In this document: one piece after another, positions 38,145-51,290 of the stretch | How positions within the stretch are numbered: position 1 is the stretch's first letter | Layout of the letters: each line of letters opens with the position of its first letter | Assembly (NCBI RefSeq): GCF_001194135.2 | Contig: NC_068987.1 | Location: 105,100,491 to 105,164,490, forward strand | Length of the DNA stretch: 64,000 nucleotides | DNA from: Octopus bimaculoides | Lineage: Eukaryota | Reading direction: 5' to 3' | Translations under genes and position numbers: made by a program | Notes under the pieces: model-generated | Told to the model about the DNA's origin: nothing | Database searches by the model: none | The model's input: only the letters and a program-made list of their open reading frames with translations

Positions 38145-38214
38145 AGTCTTACAATTTCGCATGAATAGTCAAACTACTGGAGTAGTTTGACTATTCATGC
38201 AAAATTGTAAGACT
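38145..38214. repeat. 33-bp-arm near-perfect palindrome with 4-nt loop
   Basis: AGTCTTACAATTTCGCATGAATAGTCAAACTAC-TGGA-GTAGTTTGACTATTCATGCAAAATTGTAAGACT, one mismatch. Confidence 0.95.
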
Positions 38215-38734
38215 CATATACCAATACACACACACATACACACAGTAACATAATATGTGCATATAAAAAAAAAATGAATATTGCTTTTGCTTCAATGACA
38301 GCTGGTTCTGGTTGCATGATAAACATAACTATACACTTGTTGTAGTTTTATGCAAATGGCTGGGGCAAGCATTCCACAAATATTTGTACTTTTAATATAA
38401 GTGTCTGGCAGACTCAGTATGACATATCTGACAAGATTGGGCCCTCAAATAACAGTCCAGAAAAATTACTTTCACAGGGCTAGTTCTGTTACTTCTGGAA
38501 AGGATTCATCTGAGACTCTGAGATGAATCTTCAATACAAAAAAAAATGTAGCTGTACCAGTCAGAGTCACTTATTTACTGACTAAATAAATCTACAAATT
38601 ATCATCATCATTTAATGTTCCTGTTCCATGCTGAGATGGGTTGGACAACATAAATATATTCATAGTACAATATTTCTGCATTCTAAACAGAACAATCAAA
38701 CACCAATTATATATATGTATATATGAAAAAAAGG

Positions 38735-38980
38735 GATCAAAGGTCTTTACTAAGCCATAAGTTCATAAGGCTGGTTTCCCAGATTCTATGGCACATATAT
38801 TATCCCCTTCAAAAGAGCACTGACCAGTCACAAGATTACCCCCTTTTGCCAGCTGAGTTCACTGGAGCAACATAAAATGAAGTCTTTTGCTCAAGAACAC
38901 AACACATCATCTGGCTCAGGAATTGAAACCACAATCCTATGATCATGAGTACAACACTCTAACCACTAAACCATGTGCCT
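38735..38980 (-). mobile_element. Family-E SINE (tRNA head, CORE-like body, E tail), degraded
   Basis: D-like head, TTGTGTTCTTGAGCAAAAGACTTCATTT body and CCATAGAATCTGGGAAACCAGCC tail shared with the 48120 element. Confidence 0.65.
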
Positions 38981-39004
38981 AAATGCACATACTCGCATAT
39001 ATAT

Positions 39005-39290
39005 ATGAAGCCGCAAGGAGCCAGGAAGTTAAGAGAAGGAATCAAAAATGTATAGGAATGGTTGATGATTGATATATGACAGAACTGCTGACAAGGGTAA
39101 AAAGAGTTGGCTGAAGATGAGTTCAATGAGGCTGTTGTTGACAGAAGTGATGAGATGACTAAGGGTGTTGGCCTTATGGGTCTTGGAGAGTAAGTGAGGT
39201 GGGTAGCTGTAGAAGAGGAATGAGGTTGGTGGTTGTAAGCGGGAAGGAAGAAGAAGGAGATGAGTTGGTGCACAGCAGTGGACAGTCAAA
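39005..39290 (-). mobile_element. Penelope-like element RT fragment, inverted relative to the 40.2-kb copy
   Basis: LLSKTHKANTLSHLITSVNNSLIELI...LSYI...FDSFS; same RT segment and a similar end point. Confidence 0.65.
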
Positions 39291-39704
39291 TAACAATGAT
39301 TTTCCAGTTTCTAGCCACACAATTTGACTCACAAAGCTCAAGTCAGCTTGAAGTTGTGGTAGAAGACATTTGGCCAAGGTACCAATAAGTAGGATTGAAC
39401 TTGAAACTTCATGGATAAGAATCAATCAACCAATAGAGACACAGCAAAATACAAGCAATGTACAGGGACAAGAATAACAAAACGTTAATATAGGAATATA
39501 ATTCAAATAATCTACATCAGAACAGTAATAGAATATCTAAGTAGAATGACAAGAAAAGCAAGGCAAAAGTTTTTTAAAAAATAACCCAGAAAACATCAAA
39601 TATTCCCTTGGAAACCCAGCCCAAGGCAGTCCAAAACCTATTTATATGTTTATCAACTTGTATCTATACACAGTGAACTGGTTTCAATTTATAGAAGCAT
39701 ATTC

Positions 39705-40076
39705 TTTTATTCTTCTACTTGACTGTGGCCATGCTGGAGCACCGCCTTCAGTCAAACGAATCGACCCCAGGACTTATTCTTTGTAAGCCTAGTACTTATT
39801 CCATCGGTCTCTTTTGCCAAACTGCTAAGTTACAGGGACGTAAACACACCAGCATCAGTTGTCAAGTGATGGGGGGGGGGGCAAACATAGACACACAAAT
39901 ACACATATATATTTATATATATGATGGGCTTCTATCAGTTTTCGTCTGCCAAATCCACTCACAAGGCTTTGGTCAGCTCAAGGCTATGGTGGAAGACACT
40001 TGCCCAAGGTGCCACACAGTGGGACTGAACCCACAACCAAGTGGTTGGTAAGCAAGCTGCTTACCACACAGCCACT
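39705..40076 (-). mobile_element. Family-A SINE
   Basis: Near full-length match. Confidence 0.88.
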
Positions 40077-40199
40077 TAAACATCTACTCTGAAATCTCTG
40101 CTCTCTTCCACCTTCAGCTCTAACACACTGTTACACAGACTACAATGGATGGTGTTGTGATAATGAGGCAGTCTGACCTCTTCAAAGGTCGAAACACTT

Positions 40200-40505
40200 C
40201 CCAATTTTACCATAAATTGCCCTTAGTCTATATCTACTACCATATTCCAACTCATCTCCTCCGCTCTCCTCTCTTCTACAGCAAACAACCTCCTCATTTC
40301 TATACTACACTTCCTTCCTAAGATCCCTAAGTCCAACACTCTTAGTCACCCCATCATTTCTGCTGGTAACAGCTTCACTGAACTTATCTCTAAATACCTC
40401 CACTAACTCTTCTTTCTCCTACCAGCAGCCCTCTTATCATATACCCATGACACCAAACACACTTTCCATTTCTTTGACTCCTTTTCCTACTTGCCTGGCC
40501 CCTCA
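40200..40505 (+). mobile_element. Penelope-like element RT fragment
   Basis: FLPKIPKSNTLSHPIISAGNSFTELISKYL...SY.HDTKH...FDSFS, resembling the PLE FYxLPKIHK..PGRPIVS..TE.IS.YLD motif. Confidence 0.7.
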
Positions 40506-43500
40506 TCAGGGAGATATAAGTGATAATAATTCTAGTTAGTGTCATGGATATATGCAATGAATACACTCAGTTAAGAAGACATATTTAACATGTTAATAAA
40601 GGACACACACATCCAACAGCTTTCTACATGTACTTACTATCCTCCAAATTCTAGTTGACCCAAAGCAATAGTAGAGTGCCCAAAGTGTTGCACACTGCAT
40701 TCAAACACAGTACCACATAATTGCAAAACAAACTTGCAAACCATTTGGTTATGCAGTGCATATGAATTTCCTTTTTTTTTTCCGATGAAATCAAAAGCAT
40801 TGCTATGTTTCAATGGCAATTCTCAATAACTCAAATTGTAGAGAAGCAGGATGTTTTAACACTACACTATGTCAAGGAGACTCACAATATCTAAATTGTG
40901 AAAAACATGTGAATATACTGTCATTACTAAATAAGGACAATATTCTATCAACACTTCTTTTAGAGAGTGAAAAATTATTCTCATATTTCAATCGTATTTT
41001 TAACTCCATATTTTTGACACATGTATGTATGCCTGTAATATATATATATTTTTTAAATAGTCAAATTTTAAAATTACAGCCCAAAGTTTGAATTTGTACA
41101 AGGTCAACTGAGCTTTTTATACTATTAGCACCCTAAAAATGACAAACTGTTAATTAACTGCAATAAGGAAATATGAAAATTAAGCATATTAGTTACTGGT
41201 ATGCTTGATTGTAATTAAGAGTCAGCATGTGGTCCATAACCAAAGTAACTGGTTAGAAATCATAAGTTGAATTCAGTAATGAATGTACCATTTACTGTTT
41301 TTGTATTTGATTTGCAAGATTCATGAATTGAAACATGTTTAGTTGTATCTTGGCAGAGTCATTACACCAGCAATAAACACATGCACTGGCTCTGTTTCAC
41401 ATCCTTTATTATTATTAGTTAATTGAAAGTAGCAAGCTGGCAGGATCGTTAGCACATCGAGTGAAATGTTTAGTGGCATTTCATCCGTCTTTACATTCTG
41501 AGTTCAAATTTCACTGAGGTTGACTTTGCCTTTCGTCCTTTCTGGGTCCAATAACATAAGCACCAATTCAGCACTGGGGTCAATGAAATCAACTTACCCC
41601 TCCTCTGAAATTGCTGGCCTTGTGCCAAAATTTGAAATCTTTATTATTAGTCAATTCGTTAAACCATTTAACCAATTACCTACTCAATTGCTTGATTAAT
41701 CAAGCTAGACTAATCAACTAGGTTGGTTAAAGTCCTTTCATTGCTATTCATGACCTCGTTGATTGGTTGAAATTACCCAAATATGACAACTTTAACACAA
41801 AATAACTTCTGAAATACCAAATTTTGACAAAAATGTTCAAAGTAAACCATGTTCTGTGTGAGACATTCCACCAGAATACGAAGTTTCGAACTGTTTAGTT
41901 AAAAAAAAATTAATTAAAAAGTCTGTGAGCCAAACTGAACAGATCCTTATTGGTTACAGCTCAAGGCCAACTAGAAAGCTTGTAACCATTTGCTCATGGC
42001 TCATTTTCCTCATTCAGGAATATAGGCCATGGCACACCCAATATCTGGGCAAAATGCTGAGCCTAAAATTTAGAATCCCTGTTGCTCTCAGACTGAGAGC
42101 CACAATATGTGAGCCAACTTAATATTGTTGTAATGCACAAATTAACACCAGAGCTTATTATGGTTATCTTGTTGCCCCAAATGAGAATATTTCCACACCT
42201 TGCTGGGGTTAATTGTTTCAACTTTGAACTTTATTTCTGAACTTAGGACTAAAATAGTCAAAGTAATCAGAGAGACAGGAGAGTAATTGGCTCCAGAAAA
42301 GAATCTCCATTGCCATAATGAAAGATAACCCAACATGCATAGTACCCTGTGCAGTGACTTGTAACTAAGAATAGCACCAGATATTCAGCACCCTACACTA
42401 GCCCTAAAATATGTGTCCCTTCTCCAATATTTTTAACAACTTACAGCAATCACAAGCTGAAAAATGCAACTGAAAAATTATAATCAAAGTTTGAACAAGA
42501 AATTCATAATTTTATAATCAAGCATATTACCAAGTAAGTCTGGCATAACTTGAAACGTTCCATGCCAAATTATATGATAAGCCATAATATCAAATGAACA
42601 TTTCAGCTCCTCCCCACTTTACCCCTTTCCTTCATCCTCTTCTGTCCTGGCAGTGACCTCATTGACCGTTTTTATATCTAGGTTTATGTGTTTTCAGTCT
42701 GATTGAAAAATTATATCAAACTTGTTCGGAATTTGTCTGGCACCAGTAGATTTTATCACTCTAGGCAATCGCCTAGTTTTTCTAGTGAGTATCACTGGGC
42801 CTATTTGTCTCATGGATGTTATAACAAGTTCAGAGACCAAGAAGAAAAGATTTCGAAGCTATATAAGTTTATATTATGAATCAGCTATTACATAAATGTT
42901 TGCATACTTGTGAGCGGGGAAAAAAAAGACAGAACTGTTGACAGTTTGGGTACATCTAAATAATAAAAAAAAAAGAAAAAGAAAAGAAAGTAATATAGAT
43001 TACTTAACTTTAATCAAATACTGTATAAGGGCTACGAGGGGAAATGAGTACAGCTAATATGTAAATGCAACAAAAAACGTGACATCAGAGATAACTCCAT
43101 CCATCTTAATTTTGAATTTGAAACATGGAATATTATTCACTTATTTCTGTTACCATAGCACAAGATTAGATTTAGTGAAAATAAATTAGAAATATATTGC
43201 GCAAGATAACACGCAAGGAAAGTATTTGTAGGCTATCCTTTTGTTTATTTAAAACAATGAACTTAAACAAAACCTCACACCTATAGAAACAATCCTGAAT
43301 TCAGTTCTCAAGTAGTTGCCTTCCAACAAGAACCACTTCTATTTATCAACATCTTATTACTTTTCAATCCTCTTTCTCCCAATTCCAGGCAGCGTTTAGT
43401 TTTTCCTTCATAGCAGATAAACAGAATCCACAACTAACAACATAAGACCCTCCAATGCTTTCAATTATGCTCCTAATTATGAGGCTTCATAGTTTTAGTT

Positions 43501-44924
43501 GAGTTGACAAAATATTGTAATACATGGAAATACTTCATCGAACTGGTTTAAATAGTAACATGGAGTAATAGCTGTTAACTCAATGATGAAATACAAGATA
43601 CAGTAGTTGGATTGCATTATCTTGACCAATTCCTGGTTATTGTTCATTTAATAATTCAGTATAGTAGATTAGCTTCCACTTCCTCCCAAATTCTATTTCC
43701 TGAACTAAATGCTTCAATTGCAACATGCCACACTTTCAACATTTCATGTATTTATTTGAACAACACAAAAGTATAACAGCATGCTGAAGTACTCGTGGGA
43801 TGCATACTTAATCTACTGGTTGTGTGTGAGAGCGGGAACCACTTGATATCGAAATTTTAAATAGTTCAACACTGAAGCATCCAGCCTACACTTTCAAAAC
43901 AGGCATTTCACAATTACTTCTGGGTAAAAATAAAAAGTAGTACAAATACATACAATTTTAAACATTTTAATGAATCTTATAAATAGAATTATAAGCCTTC
44001 ACCATATACTGACTATAGAAAATAGTCTAATATACGAGCATACAAATTCTCTTTACAGAATTTTACTCCTCGTTGTTTCCTAATTCATGCAGAATTCAGA
44101 CATTTTAATTAATGTTTATCCCTTTAGTATTTAAACAGGCCATATCAGGGCCAAATACTCTACCTGTTTTATAATCAAAATAACCATATGTGGCCTCTCA
44201 CACCAACCCTACAATATCATTCTAAAAATTAACAGTTACCCCATCAAAATCTCACAAGCACAAGATAATGCAAAACTAATTCAAAACATGTTAATAAATA
44301 AACATTACTTTCGACAGAATAATGTGAACGGTAATTATGTGTACCGCTTATTTAATATGATATTTACATGTATAAAACAACTCAAAAGAAATTATGGTTA
44401 CGTGAAATGAAGCAAAATCAATGTCAGTAGCTATTCATGCATCATAGGACATTAACAACAAACTGAAAACAATCTTGACAAACGGAAAAATATGCTAATG
44501 GGAACTAGGGCAACAATAGATAACAGCTGTCCATCTCCAAAAACAACCAACCCTTCAAATCCACTCCTTGTATTTAGCAAAGATATCCTGGTCTTGTCCC
44601 ACTTATAATGGATTATTTGTTTGATCTAGCTTTAATCTCAAGTAACAGAAGACAATAAGGGAAATATGGGTGTGATACAAAATTAAAACTTAATTATGGG
44701 CTAATAAGCTCTTTAGAATTCCAGATGTCTATTGCATATCACTTACAATAAATTGGCATACATCCACCCATTTTTCTTACCTTAACGATATAACTAATAT
44801 ATTTTCTCATTTTAACCTGTGCATCTTATTTGGTAACAGTTTGCTGTGTATCGGTTGTATATTTTATTTACACGTAAATATATTCATGACAAATATAAAA
44901 ATTATTTTTCTCTCAATAGAAGTG

Positions 44925-45295
44925 AAAGTATGGCTGAGTGATTAGGAAGCTTGCTTTGCAACCTCATGGTTTCAGGTTCAGTCACACTGCGTGGCACCTT
45001 GGGCAACTGCTTTCTCCTTATAGCCCTGGGATGACCAATACCTTGTGAGTTAATTTTAGTAGATGGAGGCTGTGTGGAAACCTATCGTGTGTGTGTGTGC
45101 TTACTACCATCATCACCACCACTTGATAACCAGTGTTGGTTTGTTTACAGCTCTGTAACTTGGCAGTTTTGTAAAAGAGATAGAGTTAGTGCCAGACTTT
45201 AAAATAAGTACTGAGGTAAATTATTTCAACTAAATCCTTCCGGCCACTGCCCCAGCAATCAAATGACTGAAACAAGTAAACGGTAAAAGATAAAA
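44925..45295 (+). mobile_element. Family-A SINE, older
   Basis: Diverged full-length match. Confidence 0.78.
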
Positions 45296-46156
45296 AAAAT
45301 ATAGTAATAAGTATACATTTCTAACTTTAATGATCAAATAATATCTTAATGTTGCCATGGCCATTGTCATACTGTGACACAATTATAAAACTATTCTTCA
45401 AGTTTACTAATAATAGAACTTTTGGCATGTTTAAATCGTGTCTTATACCCATGAAACCCCAATGAAGATTTTTCAGTTTTTATGCAGCATTATCTAGAGC
45501 AAATCAGCCAGCTGTACTAAGCCTATCCCTTTCCAAGTCATAGCCATCAGAAAAATTCATCACATCCTTGCAAGTAAACAAAATGCACGTCAATGTTACG
45601 TCATTCCTGCTGCATACACAGGAAGTTTCAACATACTGTATTGTCTTTTTAGCACAAGGTGAATGGAATTAGAATTAAATGACTGACCCAACCCATGCCA
45701 GCACAGACAAGAGACATTAAATGATGATGATGATGATCAAAGATGCAGTGCAGAGACAGATATGGAATATGAAATAGGGATCCTTTGATCAACAAGCCAC
45801 CATCCTGTTAACTCAACCAGTTAAGGCTCTCACGATTTGAATATAAAAATCAGAAAATTAAACACTATTATTTCAACAAACATATCTTCATTTCTAAACT
45901 TATCTAAATCCGTTTTTCATTAATTGTTATTCCAGTACCCATGACAGATAATTCTCATCTGCTACAATCCATACTATGACAAAATTCCCCCAGATAAAAT
46001 CCCCCAGCAGTCAATATCCCCTGGGATATTGTTCTTTCTTTACAATAAAAATATCTTTAGAAAGTGAAATTTGATAAAAAAAAATTTTAATATTTGTTGG
46101 TTGACATTTTTGTGTAAAATTTGTCCGGTGGGATTTTGTCCTGATACTGCTATGAT

Positions 46157-46543
46157 TGTGGAGGCACAATGGCCCAGTGGTTAGGGCAGCAGACTCGCGA
46201 TCACAGGATCGCGGTTTCGATTCCCAGACCGGTCATTGTGAGTGTTTATTGAGCGAAAACACCTAAAGCTCCACGAGGCTCCTGCAGGGGATGGTGGCGA
46301 ACCCTGCTGTACTCTTTCACCACAACTTTCTCTCACTCTTACTTCCTGTTTCTGTTGTGCCTGTATTTCAAAGGGACAGCCTCGTCACACTGTGTGACGC
46401 TGAATATCCCCAAGAACTACGTTAAGGGTACACGTGTCTGTGGAGTGCTCAGCCAACTTGCACGCTAATTTCACGAGCAGGCTGTTCCGTTGATTGGATC
46501 AACTGGAACCCTCGACGTTGTAAGCGACGGAGAGCCAACAACA
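46157..46543 (+). mobile_element. Family-D SINE
   Basis: TSD ACTGCTATGAT (46146-56 and 46544-54). The 3' end of a third copy is at 1-106. Confidence 0.92.
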
Positions 46544-47423
46544 ACTGCTATGATCTATGTGTGTGCTTTTATGCACGAAGCACTGATATGAGAGGGTCTC
46601 TCAAGGCTAACAACACAGCTTTCGGTGTTCTAACATGACATCCATGTTAAGATGGATATAAAGATTACCTTTTGATATTAATACTGATTCTGTCACTAAT
46701 AATTAATTTTTAATAAGCCTACTGGCTATTTGCAACATCAGTATCTGAAAAGATGATAATATTTTATATGTAGTGACAGTGAAATTTGACTGGCATGTGG
46801 TGATCGGATACTTCCCACTGATGATTTCCAGTTGAATGAAATTACATGATGTGGGATTTCCAGTATCCATGGCAGATGATTCCTATCTGCCACAATCCAG
46901 GTGTATGCGTTTATGCACCAAGTGATTATATGAGAGCATCTCTCAAGGCTAATAATACCACTTTCCATTGTTTAATCATCAACTATAATAATACTTTTGT
47001 GCTTTTCTTCATCACAACATAAGGAAGGGGTGATGGCAAACTGGTGGGATGGTGAACATTCAACTCTGAAAAGAAAAATCAAACAGCGTTTCAACTCTGT
47101 GTGAGTATATGTGTGTGCGTGTATAAGGGAAGTATATGGACATTGACAAATGTATTCATTTGATTTACCATCCATATTTGTATATAAAATACTACAATTA
47201 ACCATCATTTTTTCATGTTTAATAACCTGTAACAGACTTCATTTCTCTAGAACTGTATGTATCCTGCTGCATATTTTTATTCACTTCAATATTTTTAAAG
47301 ACTTTAAAATATTATAATGTCTAACTCCATTGAATTTTTTTTATTGTATTGTACTACGGGGCTGACTGGCACTTAGTGAACAGGTTGAATAAGTTTATAA
47401 CAGGTTTATTCAAGAAGTTGAAT

Positions 47424-47853
47424 TCATCATCATCATCATCATCATCGTTTAACGTCCGCTTTCCATGCTAGCATGGGTTGGACGATTTGACTGAGGACTG
47501 GTGAAACCGGATGGCAACACCAGGCTCCAGTCTAATTTGGCAGAGTTTCTACAGCTGGATGCCCTTCCTAACGCCAACCACTCAGAGAGTGTAGTGGGTG
47601 CTTTTACGTGTCACCCGCACGAAAACGGCCANNNNNNNNNNAAGGTCTCGATCAGTAGTCATCGCCTCGGTGAGGCCCAATGTACGAAGGTCTTGCCTCA
47701 CCACCTCAGCCCAGGTCTTCCTGGGCCTACCTCTTCCACGGGTTCCCTCAACTGTTAGGGTGTGGCACTTTTTCACGCAGCTATCCTCATCCATTCTCAC
47801 CACATGTCCATACCAGCGCAATCATCTCTCTTGCACGCCACAACTGATGCTTC
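47424..47853 (-). mobile_element. Young 5'-truncated copy of the same RTE LINE
   Basis: LRWYGHVVRMDEDSCVKKCHTLTVEGTRGRGRPRKTW, 3' UTR and (GAT)n tail. Candidate 18-bp TSD ttattcaa(gaagt/ccagc)tgaat at 47406-47423 and 47854-47871. Contains a 10-N gap. Confidence 0.92.
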
Positions 47854-48119
47854 TTATTCAACCAGCTGAATAAGCGGCTTTATAGAAAACTTGAAAAAAC
47901 TAGTCAATCTATAATAAATATGATTCTACTAAAGTATTGAGTCCTTTCATCAGTAAATGTTTGTTGTTGTCTATAACTACACAACTTAACTCCAAAACAT
48001 ATATTTGCATTGCACCATTTTCTTCAATAAACAGTCAGTCTTGCATATATTCTAAATAAGGAACAATGCAATTCTGGAACAGAAAATGTATTTAGCCTTC
48101 TGATATTTATAGTATTAAT

Positions 48120-48434
48120 TTTTTTTTATGTGCCCTTTTAAAGCCTAGCCAGGCTCATGGGCCCGGTTTCCCGGTTTCTATGGCGTATGTGTTCCCCCCC
48201 CAGCTGGACGGGATGCCAGTCCATCGCAGCGTTACTCAAGAAACAGGAAGAAAGAGTGAGAGAAAGTTGGGGCAAACGAGTACAACAGGGGTCGCCACCA
48301 CCCCCTGCCGGAGCCTCGTGGAGCTTTAGGCATTTTCGCTCAATAAACACACACAAAGCCCGGTCTGGGAATCGAAACCTCGATCCTCCGACCGCAAGTC
48401 CGCTGCCCTAACCACTGGGCCATTGCGCCTCCAC
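48120..48434 (-). mobile_element. Family-D-head SINE with a different (family-E) tail
   Basis: The first ~185 nt match family D, then CTGCGATGGACTGGCATCCCGTCCAG...AGAAACCGGGAAACCGGGCCC and an A-rich tail. TSD ATAGT(A/T)TTAAT. Confidence 0.9.
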
Positions 48435-49419
48435 ATAGTTTTAATACTCACTTCTAATTAAATGTTGTTCTTCTTTAGTCTTAAGTTGAGCAGACCTGTG
48501 ACTGAACATTTCTTTATTTTTCTTTTAGGGCATTTAGGACTACATTATCTCATGCTTATTTTCCTTTCTTAACAACAGGGTAGGGTGTGACTTGAAGGAG
48601 ATATGGCTGCTTATTCCAAGCTCTTGTGTAGGCTTTTGTTAGATATAGCTAAATGATTTTGCAATTTTTTCCTATTTTATGTGCATTTTTTTCATGCTTG
48701 CATGGGCCAAATGTATTTTCTCAAACACAGCATCTTGCCACTTGTTGCAGTCACTTTCCATCTCCTTTGTGAGAGTCAGTCTCTTGAGATCTGTTTTCAA
48801 TATTACAACTTCTCTTTCTAGGGTCAATAAAATAAGTATGAGCCAAGTGCTGGGGGTCAATGTAATTGTCTTGCCCCCCTCCCTACCCAAAATTGCTGGC
48901 CTGGTGCCAAAATTTGAAACCAAAATTACAATTTCTCTCATCTTCTTCCACAGATGGCTAAATATTTATAAACAATACTATCTAACTGTATTTTTAATTG
49001 TATAGGTTGATTTGGCTTTGAGTTAATTTGCTAATTAAAGAATGCTATTGGTATTACAGTAACTGTTACATATATCAGTTACATCTTTATAGTAAACCAA
49101 AAGGTCATAAAATCAAAACAAAACAAAAATGGCAAGAGTATGGCAAAATTATATATGGTAAGAATTTAGTTTAGAGCAGGCCTGGCCATCTTAAATTACA
49201 TTGCGGACCACTTTAATCACAGAAAGTTTTTTGAGGGCTGCTTGTATACTTTATGCACTAATAGTCAAATGATCAAATTTCAGAATCAAGAATTTTTCAT
49301 TCGTTTCGTTTGTTTAAAATTATAATATTGTAGGCTATAGCTTTATTGCCAGTTTAAAATTTTAAACATATTTCAAAACAAATGTTTTACACAAAAAATT
49401 TTATTTTGAAATTAAACAC

Positions 49420-49668
49420 ATGGGTGCAGGAGTGGCTGTGTGGTAAGTAGCTTGCTTACCAACCACATGGTTCCGGGCCAACCAATGCCTTGTGAGTGGA
49501 TTTGGTAGACGGAAACTGAAGGAAGTCCATCGTATATATGTATATATATATGTGTATGTGTGTGTATATGTTTGTGTGTCTGTGTTTGTCCCCCCAACAT
49601 CGCTTGACAACCGATGGTGGTGTGTTTATGTCCCCGTAACTTAGCGATTTGGCAAAAGAGACCGACAG
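49420..49668 (+). mobile_element. Family-A SINE, young, cut by an assembly gap
   Basis: Head with an internal deletion; the body runs into Ns. Confidence 0.85.
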
Positions 49669-50931
49669 NNNNNNNNNNNNNNNNNNNNNNNNNNNNNNNN
49701 NNNNNNNNNNNNNNNNNNNNNNNNNNNNNNNNNNNNNNNNNNNNNNNNNNNNNNNNNNNNNNNNNNNNNNNNNNNNNNNNNNNNNNNNNNNNNNNNNNNN
49801 NNNNNNNNNNNNNNNNNNNNNNNNNNNNNNNNNNNNNNNNNNNNNNNNNNNNNNNNNNNNNNNNNNNNNNNNNNNNNNNNNNNNNNNNNNNNNNNNNNNN
49901 NNNNNNNNNNNNNNNNNNNNNNNNNNNNNNNNNNNNNNNNNNNNNNNNNNNNNNNNNNNNNNNNNNNNNNNNNNNNNNNNNATATATATATATATATATA
50001 TATATAAAACTATACATAATTTAAACATGGGTGGTCAAATGTATACACATATCTACTCTGTTCAACTCACTAAACAATTTGGTGTTTCCACAAAAGAAAT
50101 CGATAATGAAGGGATGATATTGAAGCTAATTAAATGACCTGATCATTTTTCCACAAAATTCAAACAAAATTAAAGTACCTTAGGCACTAGAGCCCCAAAC
50201 AGAGAGATGGAGATATGTATTAATAGATGCCACAAGTTTAATGAAAAAAGCTGACAATTTTTAAAGTCTGTGACCAAGACTTTACAAACATGTAACTGAT
50301 ATGCAGCTGAACAGTTAATAGCAGCAATAAATTTTCAACAGAGAGCTAACAGACAAATTTCTTGTGCAATATGACAAAGTATTTCTGACTACAGTCTAAA
50401 CTAAATTCATACCATATATATTTATTTGAATATAAAATGTAATAGATTTATTTTCAATGATGACAAATGCATAGCAGGGTCCTACAGTTTAACTGAAGAC
50501 TGCACCAAAAATCCTAGTGTTTCTGTTAACTTGGCAGACTAGCCTAATGTTTCCATCATTTTTCTAATATCTAAAAACGCAATCCAAACAACTTCAAATG
50601 AAAATAAAGACTCTACAGCTAAATGAAACAAAAAGCACTTTGACAAATGAGGTCTTCAATTATATCATCTCATTTAATTTAAGTGGTTAGAGCTACATTA
50701 AGGAAAAAATAGCATTTACATACAATGCTTGCAAATGTAACATTATACTTTAAAATAAGATAGTTGGAGCTGACAAATGATATATTTAACAATATTCTCC
50801 TCCCACATTCATCATCCAATTATAAAAAAATTGCCAATATATTTGAATATCGTTGACTTTTTTGTTTTATTTTTTTTTTGTTGTATTTTTGAAAATTCTA
50901 TAATAGTGAACTTTCTTTCTATCTAAATAGG

Positions 50932-51290
50932 CACAGGGGTGGCTGTGTGGTTAAGAAGCATGCTTCCTAACCACATGGTTTTGGGTTGAGTCCCACTATG
51001 TGGTATCTTTGTGAAAGCCCATCTTGTGTGCGTGTATGTCTACATGTATGTGTGTATACATGCATGTATGTGAGTGTTTGTGTGTGTGTCTTTATATTTG
51101 TTCTTCCAACAATCTGACAGCCAGTGTTGGTTTGTTTACATTCCTATAAATTAGCAGTTTGACAAAAGAGACAGAGAGAATAAGTACTGGGGTCAATTTG
51201 TTCAGTTAATCCCTTCAAGGTAGTACCCCCAGCATGGCTGCAGTCCAATGACTGAAACAAGTAAAAGATACAAGATAAAGATAAATTACC
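50932..51290 (+). mobile_element. Family-A SINE, older, with deletions
   Basis: Head, central repeat and tail are recognisable. Confidence 0.75.

Larger units (their letters stand above)
37363..38328. repeat. ~126-bp direct repeats (37363-37489 and 38203-38328) flanking a 713-bp insert
   Basis: AATTGTAAGACTCA...GGTTGCATGATAAACATAA occurs twice with only a few differences. Confidence 0.95.

Noticed and set aside
40165-40200. CTGA-CCT..AGGTC-GAAAC hairpin next to the Penelope fragment
   Set aside because: Lacks the NGA of the catalytic core and has no stem I or III.
41667-41732. Imperfect hairpin around the GCTTGATTAATCAAGC palindrome
   Set aside because: Only the inner 8 bp and outer 9 bp pair; expected by chance in AT-rich DNA.
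46158-46235. tRNA-like A/B-box sequences (also at other SINE heads)
   Set aside because: They are SINE heads followed by family bodies, tails and TSDs, not tRNA genes.
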